A stretch of DNA of 64,000 bases from Corallochytrium limacisporum Hawaii (GCA_002811645.1 PDIP01000082.1:11305-75304), one strand, 5' to 3'. Shown: positions 8,891 through 21,000, counted from the stretch's first letter. Translations and numbers: made by a program. The notes: generated by a model from the sequence alone, not told the origin.

Positions 8891-11371
8891 ATGGACTCCT
8901 CGGTAATGGATTCCCCAAAGGGATCCGTGCCTGGTTCTACTTTATCAGGCATGAATGGCACCCAGGGTAATGACACACCCGCCTCTACTGGAAGTGAATA
9001 CAGTGTGGAAGACAAGTACAAAACGTTGTTGACAAAATTTGCGAAGCTCCGCGATGTGTACAAAGCCTGTAAAGCGGAACTCGTGAAGTCTCGAGAGGCA
9101 TCGGAGTCACTCGATCTTCAACTCAAGGACAAAGAAAGGGCACTGCGGCAGTATGTGGAGGAAATTGATCGTTTACAGTTCCGAGATAAGGAAAATCGCA
9201 AGAAAATTATAACTCTACAGAGGCATCTTTCAGAGCTGGGCGGTGGACAGCCGTCGCTGGCGGACACGTCATTAGATGAAGGCTCAGGGTCCAAACGAAG
9301 TGTGGCGGCTGCAGATCAACCTTCGTCAGCGCTAGGTCTGTCTTGGATCTTTGGTGGTAGCAGTACGAATAGTAACGCAAGGGATGTACACGTCAAGAGC
9401 GGCGATGCCAGTTCATCTGAGTTGGCCACCTTGCGCCGCCGCCTCCTGGAATTGGAAAGTGAGCTTCAAATGCGGGCAGAGGAAAATGTAGAACTTCAGA
9501 AGATTGTGCAGAAGATGCGGAGTGAGTCAACAAAACCCATGGAGAATATGTCATTGCGAGGCTCCAGTGCGGGCCCAGAGACTCTCCTCAACACACGGGA
9601 TTACAACGCATACAGAATCAGCGGGGCCGATAGCAATCTTGACGGCAACAAGGCACCGCGTGTCGAGGAACAAACTGCATTGAAATCCTTACCCACATCT
9701 CATCCGCGTGAACTGAACATGCTTAGGGATGAAAATGAGAAGTTGGCCGACTTGGTGTCCCAACTACGGTCCGCACTTCATGTACGTGAGGATGCGCTGA
9801 AGAAATGCAATAGTGAGATCGCGATACAGCAGAAGAAATTGAGATACCTTGAAGATTCCTTCCAGGCTCAAGCTCTCTTCTTGCTCGAAGAGGATGCGAC
9901 AAAGAGCGCTGATCTCGTGAGCGAGCCCAAGACGCCGTTGCGTGCGGTCGGTAAGAGTGACCGACAATCCTCCTTAGCTCGCCAGGAGCTCCTTGAGAGG
10001 CAACGCGAAGCCATTCTAACCCTCAATGCACACTACAGCACAATGACGGAGGGCGATGGAATGTCTCAAGTGAGAGGCCCTGAACCTTTAAGACCTTCGC
10101 TTTCGCGGGCCTATTCATTGGACACGGCTGTGGTGGCCGATAGTGTCGGGGATGGCTCTATTGGGACCGCGGATGAGAACAATGCTGGCGTTGTTCAAGC
10201 GCTCACCGAGGAGTTAGTTCACTTGCGAAGGAATCTGGAAGAGGTGAACCAAGCCCTGGATCTGGAAAAATTCCGCAACCAAAGGCAAACCCGTGATGCC
10301 ACTCGAGCAGCAGCGGGTGGCGGAATGGCTTCCCTTACAACGACCCCACGCGCGGATAGCACGTTGCCGCTGGGTTCATCCGGGGATGTACGGCATAATG
10401 TTGGTGGAGCTCAGCAAGGAAGCAGTGGTACCGCGGCGGTCGAAACCAACGTTATTGACATTCAAACGGTCCTCATGGGTGATATTTACGATGTCACCCA
10501 GATTGAAGCATTGATTACTCAGCGTATGGATCAATTGAGCCAAACCCTCACACACATTCTCCAGGACACAGTCCTGGATGGCGGTGACAATGGTAACGAT
10601 GCACACATTGCTCAACCGACAGATCAGCGAATCCTCGCCCATCAGCTGCAGACCATGCTCCGCGAATTGGCTTGGGAAGCAAAGACAGTGCTCTCGAGAG
10701 AGGTCTGCTCCTCAGCGGATCTGCAAACACTCTACGAACGCATCGATGAGCTGGTCGAGACCGAGACCAAATTGCGGCGAAGTTTGCGTAAGTCCATTGA
10801 AATCAACAAAGCTCTGCGAGAAGAGGCACAGAATACGACACGCTTGCACACTGAGCAGGTAGCACAAATGCGAGAACAGTTGGCTCAGCTCCAAGAGCAG
10901 GTTTCGAAGCAGCAGGCGGAGCAGCAAGCCAGACAAATAGCCATGAACGGAGAACAATCTACTGACACCGAAAACGCCGGAGATTTACAGAATGGGGACT
11001 CGGAGAATGCGCTCTACCGCAGCAACTGGAGTAGCTCGGAACCGACGTTAAGCGGTGGAACCAGCAAGATGGCCGCAGATACAATGGATGCGCAAATGAA
11101 CGACCTGAACAGTACGTTCGGAATCAGTGTTACTGGCGAGCCAACTTCCTCTGGCCAGCGAACGACAGCGCTGGCAGGAGCAACCAAGGGCACACCAGGC
11201 CTGACCGATCTGCCTTCCAAGTTCTTTGGTCGTTCGGTATCGAAGGACAATCCTGAGGACCCCAATGCTTCTGGTGCATCAACCGCTGCAAATGCATCTG
11301 TCGGTAGTGGCCTCAATTTCACAAGTTTTGGCACCCGTCTTGGTCTGGGACGTTCTACGAGCAATCGCTGA
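8891..11371 (+). CDS. PPP1R21: PPP1R21 (KLRAQ1 / FERRY Fy-2)-like coiled-coil protein
   Basis: N-terminal KYKTLLTKFAKLRDVYKACK...QLKDKERALRQYVEEIDRLQFR and ELQMRAEENVEL resemble the KLRAQ domain. C-terminal TTRLHTEQVAQMREQLAQLQEQVSKQQAE resembles the TTKRSYEDQ domain. Compared from memory. Confidence 0.7.
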   Translation: MDSSVMDSPKGSVPGSTLSGMNGTQGNDTPASTGSEYSVEDKYKTLLTKFAKLRDVYKACKAELVKSREASESLDLQLKDKERALRQYVEEIDRLQFRDKENRKKIITLQRHLSELGGGQPSLADTSLDEGSGSKRSVAAADQPSSALGLSWIFGGSSTNSNARDVHVKSGDASSSELATLRRRLLELESELQMRAEENVELQKIVQKMRSESTKPMENMSLRGSSAGPETLLNTRDYNAYRISGADSNLDGNKAPRVEEQTALKSLPTSHPRELNMLRDENEKLADLVSQLRSALHVREDALKKCNSEIAIQQKKLRYLEDSFQAQALFLLEEDATKSADLVSEPKTPLRAVGKSDRQSSLARQELLERQREAILTLNAHYSTMTEGDGMSQVRGPEPLRPSLSRAYSLDTAVVADSVGDGSIGTADENNAGVVQALTEELVHLRRNLEEVNQALDLEKFRNQRQTRDATRAAAGGGMASLTTTPRADSTLPLGSSGDVRHNVGGAQQGSSGTAAVETNVIDIQTVLMGDIYDVTQIEALITQRMDQLSQTLTHILQDTVLDGGDNGNDAHIAQPTDQRILAHQLQTMLRELAWEAKTVLSREVCSSADLQTLYERIDELVETETKLRRSLRKSIEINKALREEAQNTTRLHTEQVAQMREQLAQLQEQVSKQQAEQQARQIAMNGEQSTDTENAGDLQNGDSENALYRSNWSSSEPTLSGGTSKMAADTMDAQMNDLNSTFGISVTGEPTSSGQRTTALAGATKGTPGLTDLPSKFFGRSVSKDNPEDPNASGASTAANASVGSGLNFTSFGTRLGLGRSTSNR

Positions 11372-11725
11372 AAGCTTCGTAAGTGATTCCCATCGAGTGA
11401 GTGAATACTTGGAATGCGCAATGCATGGTGCAAGTTTACATGTGATTTACCAACTAATATGATGTGGAAGTCAATGCTGCTGATAAACCCAGTAGACGAT
11501 ACAAAAATGATTATGGTTTTGGTAGATAATTCAGAACCACATTCAACTTTTTTGTCATGTTTATTTACATAAATGGTCTCCGATGATATCTGCGCTCAAA
11601 GAGTCTTTGCGCTTGAACTGCTAGACATCAGAAGCGTGGCTGCGAAGTCGGGCTTTACGTCGCCTTCGCCACTGGCTCGGAAGGGTTGGTTGGATGGGTT
11701 CAGAAGGAAAGTGCCTTGGTAGACT

Positions 11726-13957
11726 CTAATCGATATGGGGAGGCGTAGGGAGCGCCCTCTTGGCACCTTTCACGTTCTCGTAGATCGGCTCAGCCTTCGG
11801 CTGGTGTCCGGGCGAATCGGTTTCGTTATGCGGACGCACCTCGTAGTAGTTGTCCTCCAGAGTACCAACGAAGACAATTTCATTGTCGTTGCTGAGGTTG
11901 TCCCCAGAAACGGTCGTTGCACCCAAACTGCCCCAGGCGTGCACTTTGGTGTCTGGCAGGGCTGGGAGCGGCTTATGGGGACCTGCCAAAGGGCTGGAGG
12001 CCTTCACGTCGGCAGGAACGGATCGATAACGAAGCAACTGGTGCTTTTTCGCTTTTGTGCTCCCACGGCGGACGTCTATAGGCCTGGCGTAGCCCTGGTC
12101 GTCGCAGGATGTCACAGTTGGACGACGTTGGCGGGGGCCGGCACGAGTACCCTGGGTCAGCGGAGAACCCGGCAAAGGTGTCATGTAACTGTGGGTGGAC
12201 GTGCTTCGCGAAGTGATCTGTTCTGCAGAGAAATAGCCAAGATCGTTTGCCTCTGCGCTTTCAATGACATCGGGGGAAGAACTGTCTCGTACGTCCAGCG
12301 CAGAGCATGAGGACTCAAAGGCTCTGTCTCTACTGCTTCCAGTGCTTTGGGGGACGCCAGCACTGTGGCTGGTCTCAATATTCTCACGGCAACCGGTTTC
12401 GGTTTGCTTACCACTGCTGCCGCTACTGCGATTCCGAGAGAGGCCCTTCCCTAAGAGATTGCCCTCGACACTCGGTGATTTGCCGCTCCGCTGACGTGCG
12501 AGCCGGCGGCGGTAGAGCACAATGCCAACAACTAATGCAGCGATCAAGGCAGAGCCGCCAACGGCAACGCCAACGACGATCAACGTGACATTACTGGCAC
12601 TGCTGGTCCCACCATCAGGGCTTGGGGAGGTGCTTGGTTGGGTCGCATTACTGCACACACTTGATGGATCAAAGTCCTTTGCACTGTTGTTTTCCTCGTT
12701 TGGGGTGCTGTCGCTGTTCATAAATTCCCAGTGACCATCACCGTCAGTGTCGCTGATGTTCAGAACGTAACACCAGCCCATTTGTTTCTCTCCCGTAGGG
12801 GAGTGATACTCACCATTGCAGGCCACGAGGACGCCACCATCTCGGTTTACATCTATGACACTTAGTCCTGCCTGGAAAGCATCACAGAGACCGGCCACAA
12901 TGTCATCACTGCCATCGTCCATGTCAAGCAACAGATTGTTGGCTGGATCACCGGCCTCACCGCTCCAAAGCTCATGGAGAACGCCAGCGGCCAGCGGGAT
13001 CGGAGTCTGAACTTGCCGTCCCGTTGCAGCAGGCGCAGAACGCTCGTTGGTTACACCAGTGCGCACAGAGTAAGCATCAATGAAACCATAACCACCTGAT
13101 AAGTCATCCCCACGCTTGTTGTGTCCAATGTACAGACTGTAGTCATTGCCATTGATCAATGGACTCCACTCCAAACTCAGGCCGTACAGTCCGTCATCGA
13201 TGGGGGACGGGTGGTTCAGGCGTTCCAGAAGCCGGGCATCATTCTGGTTAACCGTGGTATCGCCCAACTCATAGACCTCTACTACGCCAGCAGCATCAAA
13301 AACGTCCGAGAATGCGGCCACGGCTGCCTCCGAGTACGATACAGCAACGTAGCTACTGCCGGCCCCGTTCGCGGTCCAGGCGACCTCGCTCATCGTTCCG
13401 TTATAGTTATTCGCCACTGAGATCAGTGCGACCTCACGCCCAGTCCCTGGTACCGCTTCAATGCGAATGGAGTCATCCCCTGGGATACTAATCATCACCA
13501 TAGCGCCATCTTCCCGCAGGATGACCTGTTCACCGGTACGGTCGCCCTGGAAATCTCCATCATATTCGTCGAAGAGCTCGTAGTCGTTACTACCGTTGCG
13601 CTCGTAGATTAGCACCTCTCCAGTTTCTTCATTCGATCCAGGGCATCCAACCGCAATGCGACTACCATCTCCTGTCATGGAAACGGACGTGCCACATTGA
13701 GTATCCATGTTGTCATCATCCATGTCCGGAATAATTGTGTAGCCTAGCTCATAGTTCTGCAGCGCGTGATTATAATTGAATACGAAGATACGGCCTTGTG
13801 CATTGTCGATGCTATCCGATCGCAGATACCCAGGACACCCAACGGCAATCACTGCCGCGTCATTGCTCATTGCCACACTGGCTCCGCAATAGGCGAAGTC
13901 CTGTGGTTCGGGAGCAACCAATGCTCCGATAAAGCTTTGGATCTGCGCTTCCTCCAT
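11726..13957 (-). CDS. Single-pass membrane protein with FG-GAP-like beta-propeller ectodomain and Tyr/PxxP-rich cytoplasmic tail
   Basis: Repeats CGASVAMSNDAAVIAVGCPG...GRIFVF and CGTSVSMTGDGSRIAVGCPG...GEVLIYE plus degenerate copies; TM LIVVGVAVGGSALIAALVVGIVLY followed by RRR; about 260-aa disordered tail. No evident signal peptide, so the 5' end is uncertain. Confidence 0.8.
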   Translation of the reverse strand: MEEAQIQSFIGALVAPEPQDFAYCGASVAMSNDAAVIAVGCPGYLRSDSIDNAQGRIFVFNYNHALQNYELGYTIIPDMDDDNMDTQCGTSVSMTGDGSRIAVGCPGSNEETGEVLIYERNGSNDYELFDEYDGDFQGDRTGEQVILREDGAMVMISIPGDDSIRIEAVPGTGREVALISVANNYNGTMSEVAWTANGAGSSYVAVSYSEAAVAAFSDVFDAAGVVEVYELGDTTVNQNDARLLERLNHPSPIDDGLYGLSLEWSPLINGNDYSLYIGHNKRGDDLSGGYGFIDAYSVRTGVTNERSAPAATGRQVQTPIPLAAGVLHELWSGEAGDPANNLLLDMDDGSDDIVAGLCDAFQAGLSVIDVNRDGGVLVACNGEYHSPTGEKQMGWCYVLNISDTDGDGHWEFMNSDSTPNEENNSAKDFDPSSVCSNATQPSTSPSPDGGTSSASNVTLIVVGVAVGGSALIAALVVGIVLYRRRLARQRSGKSPSVEGNLLGKGLSRNRSSGSSGKQTETGCRENIETSHSAGVPQSTGSSRDRAFESSCSALDVRDSSSPDVIESAEANDLGYFSAEQITSRSTSTHSYMTPLPGSPLTQGTRAGPRQRRPTVTSCDDQGYARPIDVRRGSTKAKKHQLLRYRSVPADVKASSPLAGPHKPLPALPDTKVHAWGSLGATTVSGDNLSNDNEIVFVGTLEDNYYEVRPHNETDSPGHQPKAEPIYENVKGAKRALPTPPHID

Positions 13958-14411
13958 GCTCCTGCAATCTATTCAATCTAAGAGTATCCACTCCAAGAGA
14001 GCACTTTGGTCATTTGTATATTCCCAGTTCGAAATGAATTGCTGCTCAGAGATGTTAACAATATCGAACATTCGCAGCTACAAGCCCGATGGTTCCAAAA
14101 CCGTTCACAGTTCTCGTCCTCCACATACCATCACAGAGCTCAAATCCAGCATATTCAGGAATGGCCGCTGACTGTACTTGGATTACAGTGCTTATGTAGC
14201 AAGCTCATTTGAAATATGATATTTCGGTCTGCCCCATATCCCAGGTGTTACAAGGTCCGATGCGCGAGAGAACGGACGTTGTGAGTGTCCAGACGCACTG
14301 CGAGCTCGTTTCATCGCCTCCTTCCCCCCCTCCCAACCCCCACGGGGTGTTTGGGGCAGGTCTTTCCTCCCAGGCGCTCCCCGGCTTTCCCCTTCCCCCG
14401 ACCCCCAACCC

Positions 14412-14684
14412 NNNNNNNNNNNNNNNNNNNNNNNNNNNNNNNNNNNNNNNNNNNNNNNNNNNNNNNNNNNNNNNNNNNNNNNNNNNNNNNNNNNNNNNNN
14501 NNNNNNNNNNNNNNNNNNNNNNNNNNNNNNNNNNNNNNNNNNNNNNNNNNNNNNNNNNNNNNNNNNNNNNNNNNNNNNNNNNNNNNNNNNNNNNNNNNNN
14601 NNNNNNNNNNNNNNNNNNNNNNNNNNNNNNNNNNNNNNNNNNNNNNNNNNNNNNNNNNNNNNNNNNNNNNNNNNNNNNNNNNNN
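14412..14684. other. Assembly gap
   Basis: Run of N. Confidence 1.
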
Positions 14685-17600
14685 ATCAAGAGGGGGGGGG
14701 GGGGGGAAATAAAAATACACTTGCACTGGGGTTAAAACCCCTTAGTGGGCTCTCTTTAGTGTTCTCCTCTGTGGGTACCACGGCGTTATTGAGTGTGGCA
14801 CATCCCTGTGGCACGGCTTGGGCAGGTTCTGTACTACGAAACGTAAGGGGTCAGAGGGGTAGAGAATCTGCACTTGAACACGTTAAGTTCGCCATGTGAA
14901 CGAAAGTCGCGGTGAGATAGAGAAAGGGGATGGGATCGGAGGGGTTTGACTGTGTGTGGGTAGAAGCCGTGATTCACCGGCTCATCTCCCTCTGTGGGTC
15001 ATGCACTCCATCGTATCGCTCAAACTATGCACCATTAGCGACTCATATCTCTAACAGCTGCATGAACTTACAAATATGTAAGTGGGGTACTGAATCTTTA
15101 TCAATTGGATGATATTCGTGCACGCTTATCATGCCATGGGGTGAATCGCGAACAAATTTCCCCGTCACTCTATTCGCTGAGTTCATCATCGTCATCGGGT
15201 CCACAACAACTCCCTTCCCCTCCTCCTTATAGCCGGTATGGGACGGCTGTGAACCACCTTTGCCTGGCTTTGCCTGGGATGCCGCAGTGGGTTTATTAAA
15301 GCTGTTACCAACTATGCAGACTTGCGACTCCCGCCGATAAACAAATCGCGACAGCATCTGAAACTTGTGTCCTTCTTATCCCCCATTTCCTCTTCTTCGT
15401 ACGCCTTTGTCGGAGGTTGTGTGAACCTGAGCAAGACGACCCATGCTTCAGCGACTCGATGATCTTCCATTTATTCAACGTCTGCGGGATGTGCGCAGAG
15501 CCGCGGTGTCGTGGCGGGTGTGAATGGCAAATTATTGTTCCGGGAGAAAAGATAGGGTCTGTACCTCTTCGGCTTCCATACTGAAACTACTGCAGAGTCC
15601 GGTTCACCAGGTCTAGGCTCGTGGCACCTCCCTTGTGCGCGGTCAGATGCCAGAACTTCCCATCGCGGCAGTTTTTCTCACACAGGCAACGCACTCAGAG
15701 TGGCAAAACACGGGGGTACGTCGTCTGCGATGAATTCTATACGAAGGGTCCGTCGCGGAAGGAGTGTACTTTCTGTCACTTTCCAGTACGTGCGCACACC
15801 ACACACCAAATGTAAAAGATTTCGTAAGCAGCAGAGTTTAAAGCCTCCTAACCGCTCATCACGTAGGGACGCAATCCGGTGTCTCAGTGTTTGTACCACA
15901 GCCAGCCTACACGCTCGGTAGCAGTAATACCGTCATTTGGTGTAAGGGTGCGGAAGTGAACACTTTCTCGTTTTCAACTTCGGTTTGGATCGACAGGCAA
16001 AAGGTAACGCCCGCCAGAAGCAAGTAGTGCCCACTCGCTCCCTTTCACTCGATGGCTCCCATTTCCCACTGTTCAGAATTCTAAACCAAGCACAATAACA
16101 ACGAAGCATTCATTGCTTAAACCCGACGATTTCATCGTCAGCCGTCCCTCACGATGTCCCGGCCCGGTCGGAGACTCTACGTAAGAGGGTGCAGCTGAAA
16201 AGACAGGGCTTGGCCAGTAAATGCTCAGCAAAACTTGCACGCGAGGATTCTCTGCGTACGGTTGGGATCAAGTGGAAAACGATTGAAGGACCGGTAGCAG
16301 TCGCTCATTGCCGGTGGGTGAGGATTCACAGCAACCAAAGTAGACACACAGTCGCTTTGTCCAATGTGAACGACTATGACCACGTCAAATTGACGAGATA
16401 GGAAGAGACGCTGATCTTTTCCTTTGTATCGTCAGGGCTCACTCTTGAACTGCTGCTCTAACAGAGTGCAAGAGCATCTGTTGTTTTTGTTTGGCTGTTG
16501 CGGCGTAGTGGGGTGGTTGGGACTGTAGGCTATGATTTGCATACATGGGATGGAAAGAAGCAACGATGCTGTGATTGTGAATAGGATCGGATATATACGT
16601 ACAATACAGACAAAGCTGATCGCGGTGGAAGCTCGGATGACACTCTTTGTTCATTAATCTTAAAGTCCCCAACCAAGTGCGCCCATATAAACTTTCGTAT
16701 GTACGACGCCTACATCACACAGGCAGACGCCCTGCCACCATCGATTGGTTCTTCCACCGTCTGCCCCGTCAACCGTCCCAACGCTTCCGTCACACCTTGG
16801 AAGCACACAAATCGTAAACCAAACAAAAATCCTCGTTAGACATGCCAGCGGTCACCCACCACCACCAATAGATCCCACAGCAGAATCGCACACGAAACCG
16901 TTTCACAGCACATACAACTCCGACAGCATGCATACAACAAACAACGGAACATAACTGGCCCTCACGAATACGAAAGCCACCGTGGAAATGCTCAAAATGT
17001 GACACATGTCTGCGCAAGTTGACAGACGATATGTCCATTCTGCCAGTCTCCACTCTCTCTGTTCATTGGTTCTGCGTTGGTGTCGCTGTCCTACGCTTGC
17101 AATGTTGTGCTCCCAACATTCCCCTTACGGTGTCTTTTGAAGGCAGTGGTACTGCCTTTGTGTTCGTAAGTCTTTCAATTCCTTGTGTCCGTGGGAACTG
17201 ACCCGAGGATGGATTTGCAAGGTAAGAAAGGGCGACAATCATCCTATTCCAAACGATACCTGTCAATTTCTGAAATTCCGTTTAGCCCGTACACTTCATG
17301 TACAATCTTCACCAGGTACTGCACGCGTAGCAGAGTGGCTCCAAAGGAAGCTCTCCGCTCTCTGCTACACCACTGCACACTTTCGCAGCACGTTTCCTCT
17401 GGCAGCATTGGTGTTATCTGTCCTCGGAACCGCATGTCAGCCGTCTAAGCTGTTGTCGCCCATAAGCATCACATTGCCTTTCTTCCAACATCGGAACTTT
17501 CGCCATTAAAGGTTTCCGGCCGATCCTCTCGGCCGATCTAGTAGAGATGGGCCCCATGGACGCGTAGGCAAGCAAGCAACCCTTGCAGGCATCTTCCGAC

Positions 17601-17850
17601 GACCCTGCTCATAGGTTTCATTTACATACGAACGGCCTTCAGCGTGTGGTTATGAAATCAAGCTCTTTATCTTTCATTACTCTCAGATCTGAACACATCG
17701 AGACAAGTTATATATTTATACATTTAACTTCATTGATTGCTACACACGAGTGAACACGCCCTGACTCCCGAGCAAATCGGTCGGACCCAAGCCATGATCA
17801 ATCCCGCCTTGAATTGATTATGGGATTTTCTTAACGGTAGGCAATGCCCG

Positions 17851-19485
17851 TCATGCTCCTGCTTCTTGACCCTCCTTCGCAAACTTGCGTTGTATCAAAA
17901 GAAATCCCGAGGGTGGTGGTTCGATTGCCATGGACTCGGCGATATGGTCGGTATCCACATGACCTTCATAAACTTGTACAACTTCTGTTTTCTTCAATCC
18001 AGCGTCTTCGTCCGTCCAGCGGATCCACGATGGATGAAAGACAGTGAGATCTTCAGCCACACATCGATACTGTGCAAGTTTCCATGGCAAGTCTGCGACC
18101 GGTCGACGGTGTTCCAAAATCTTCGTAGAGCCCAGGAAACAAGGTGGCCCCATCGTTCGGACGTACACAGCGCATCCCTGCCGTGGAGCATCACTCGACA
18201 ACATTGACATGACCACTCCGCTGTGGTGCAGACCATCGAAGAATAGAATAAGACCAATGTTGATGACAGTCGAGACTCCAGCAACCCAAACGGGCAGGTT
18301 GTCTAGGGCTAGCAAAGAAGATCCCACTAAGGCTTGAGCCCCAAGCAGGTATCGGGGTTCCTGATGAGGGCTCAAAGAGAGGATTGCGACGGATAGGATC
18401 AGACAAAACACGGCACGTCGTGCGGTGGTCTGAGTGCTTCTGTTCCGCACAAAGCTATCAAAAGCAACCCACATAGCCAGAGCAAAGTAGATCGGCCCGA
18501 ACAACATGGGTCCATTCACTACCGCATGCAGCCAACGCGGATGCAGTCCGTGTTGTTCCAGATTGGCTTCATCTCCGTTGTATGCGATGAGATTGAATGG
18601 TGTCAAGAACAACTTGTTTGGCATCCCAGTCAGAAGTGCCTTAAGTTCCCTCAGGGTGGTGGTTACTGGAAGCCGATAACCCTCAGTTTCGGTACCCATC
18701 TTCCCGTGGTAGTACCACGTATCGATGACAAGGCAGATGAATGAAACATATGCAAATGCGACGGCCGCGTTCACGCACAACACCAGCAATTGATCAGGTC
18801 GCGTCCCGAAATGCCACAGTAGCAAAAGTATCATCGGTATCGCAAAGGCGAGCACCGTTGGGCGCACAAAGAAACCCAGTGCAAGCAGCGCTCCAAGTGC
18901 GACGGACCGCCACAGCAATGGTATGAAAGGGTGGCTAGGTTTGCTCATAAGTACATCCACCATGGCAAACGCGAGAGCAACAATTACCATCTCAATACCA
19001 TTTGTAAAAGAGTGTGTGCCCACAGTTATCGCACCTAATGACAGAGCGTTCCACAGCACCGGTGCCCAGGCCTTTTTTGACCGTGCACCGATGCGATACA
19101 ACATCAAGTCTACTATCAGGCCGAGTGCCAACATCCAGAGTCTAGGAAGAACCAGTCGCCAGTAAGGACTCAGTGATTGCATACAAGCGTAAATCTGATC
19201 ATCTTGACAATGAATAGATTGATAAGCGTAATATCCTGGCCCTGTAGCAAATGCTGCCGATACGAAGCTTCGATATGGTCCAGTGTTCGTTTCATGATCC
19301 CAATCCCATTCCCAGGTACTACACTGGTTAGATTTGGTTATCCAATTCCAAACCACTTGTGGGCCCTGAAAAAATTCATCCGGATGGATATATCCCACCT
19401 GCGGTGCCATGACGAGAGCTATCCGCAGTGCCACCAGCGCAGACCATGGCCAAAAGCCAAATTGATCGAACGTCTGCAATCTCAT
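17851..19485 (-). CDS. PIGZ: GPI mannosyltransferase 4 (PIG-Z/Smp3, GT22 family)
   Basis: GYIHPDEFFQ, TWEW, LPRLWM, HGLHPRWLHAVVNGPMLFG and HQEPRYL motifs; multi-pass hydrophobic profile. Confidence 0.9.
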   Translation of the reverse strand: MRLQTFDQFGFWPWSALVALRIALVMAPQVGYIHPDEFFQGPQVVWNWITKSNQCSTWEWDWDHETNTGPYRSFVSAAFATGPGYYAYQSIHCQDDQIYACMQSLSPYWRLVLPRLWMLALGLIVDLMLYRIGARSKKAWAPVLWNALSLGAITVGTHSFTNGIEMVIVALAFAMVDVLMSKPSHPFIPLLWRSVALGALLALGFFVRPTVLAFAIPMILLLLWHFGTRPDQLLVLCVNAAVAFAYVSFICLVIDTWYYHGKMGTETEGYRLPVTTTLRELKALLTGMPNKLFLTPFNLIAYNGDEANLEQHGLHPRWLHAVVNGPMLFGPIYFALAMWVAFDSFVRNRSTQTTARRAVFCLILSVAILSLSPHQEPRYLLGAQALVGSSLLALDNLPVWVAGVSTVINIGLILFFDGLHHSGVVMSMLSSDAPRQGCAVYVRTMGPPCFLGSTKILEHRRPVADLPWKLAQYRCVAEDLTVFHPSWIRWTDEDAGLKKTEVVQVYEGHVDTDHIAESMAIEPPPSGFLLIQRKFAKEGQEAGA

Positions 19486-21000
19486 AATCCCGAGAGTTGC
19501 GAACCCCTGGTGAAATCACATAGCCGTGTCTTCGGACCTGGACAGAGGTTAATGTATTTTGTGGACTTGAGCATAGTGTTCTTTGTACCCTCACAGCGTG
19601 TGCATGCGATAAACTACACAATCTTCGGGCTGTGCGGAGGTATGCATGCTTTTACTAGACACAAGGACCAGCCCAAAAAGACACTCGCCCGCCATCCACG
19701 CAGCAATCCTGCCTTAGTTCAGAAATGCTATTGCTGGGTATATTAAAACGGAAACCCTCTCCGTATTCCATACCATAAACAGTAAACTCATAGTCAATAC
19801 ACCACGTTCCACTCATTCGTTTGGGAACCCCTTTGCGCGACTCTCCTGCCATTTGTAAAAAGAGAACACGCTACAGCAAGCATTTCGACAGTTCTATGTA
19901 GTTTGAACGTCAGAAGTCAGTTTTGCTGTCTCTGCACTGTGTTTTCATTGGGCAAGATGACAAAGAAATCAGCTCCCTGCTGTCGTTTTGAAGGTCGTTC
20001 CGTACACAATACTAACTGCTTCACTCCCCCTCAACATGGTCCGAAGTGCTACTCCTGGACATACTCGCCGCCCAGTGCTCAGTTTCCCTTAGCCATGTCT
20101 GTGCCTACGGTTCTGTGTTATTGTGCACAGCCAGCTATCGTCAGAGTTCTGGGTGGGTGCGTAGCCAGCCAGCCATTCCCTGCGGACCACAAATTTGGCG
20201 GGTATTTTAATTCGTGTACTGCTGGCAGGGGGCCTTTTTTTGCCTTGGCGACGGGGACATCACAGTTCCTTCTTCCATCATACCGTCCGTTCTGACGGCC
20301 CTCCCCACCCAGGCCCAAAGCTTGCAACAAAGGCATAAAGGTAGGAGAGAAAACTATTGGCGGGTCTCGCCACCGTTCATATTGTTCAGAAGGCGGGCCT
20401 TTAGCCGCTTCGAGGAGCGAATTTGTGTTTCCATGCAGAGCGATTTGTCGAGCACAACCCCCCCCCCCCGGGGGGAATGGCGCGAGGTCACTATGTGGAG
20501 AGTGGGGCTTGCTGCAGTACCGGAATGAACCGTACTCAAATTGCCTACCCACTAAATACCTGCCACAGTCTCCAGGGCACACAGCAGGAGAACATTGACT
20601 ACCAATGCGACGGGGGAAATCGGGAGGGAGACAAAGTTGCAACGCGCAACGGGACCCAACCCGTTTGGACTCATCGGTTGCTTTGCCGGGGTCTCACCGG
20701 CCAAGCCGGCTAGTTGGCATATGTGACCGGGCAGCTTGCAGAGAGCATTCACGGATAGCTGGGAACGTAAGGCTGGATAGCCACTATGAACGGACTTCTT
20801 CTCGTCTTCTGAGAGCACACCATGATCCCTGTACAAGGTGTCAGCAAAGGAGTTTAGGACAAGGGAACCTAGCGAAATGGAATAGATCTATTCTTACCCA
20901 AGGCCGAAATGGTAGGTAAGATTCGAAATATGAGTTCGAGAACTGTATACGATATGGAGTGACGCGAATAATATTTCCTTTGTTTCGGCGCAACGGCACA

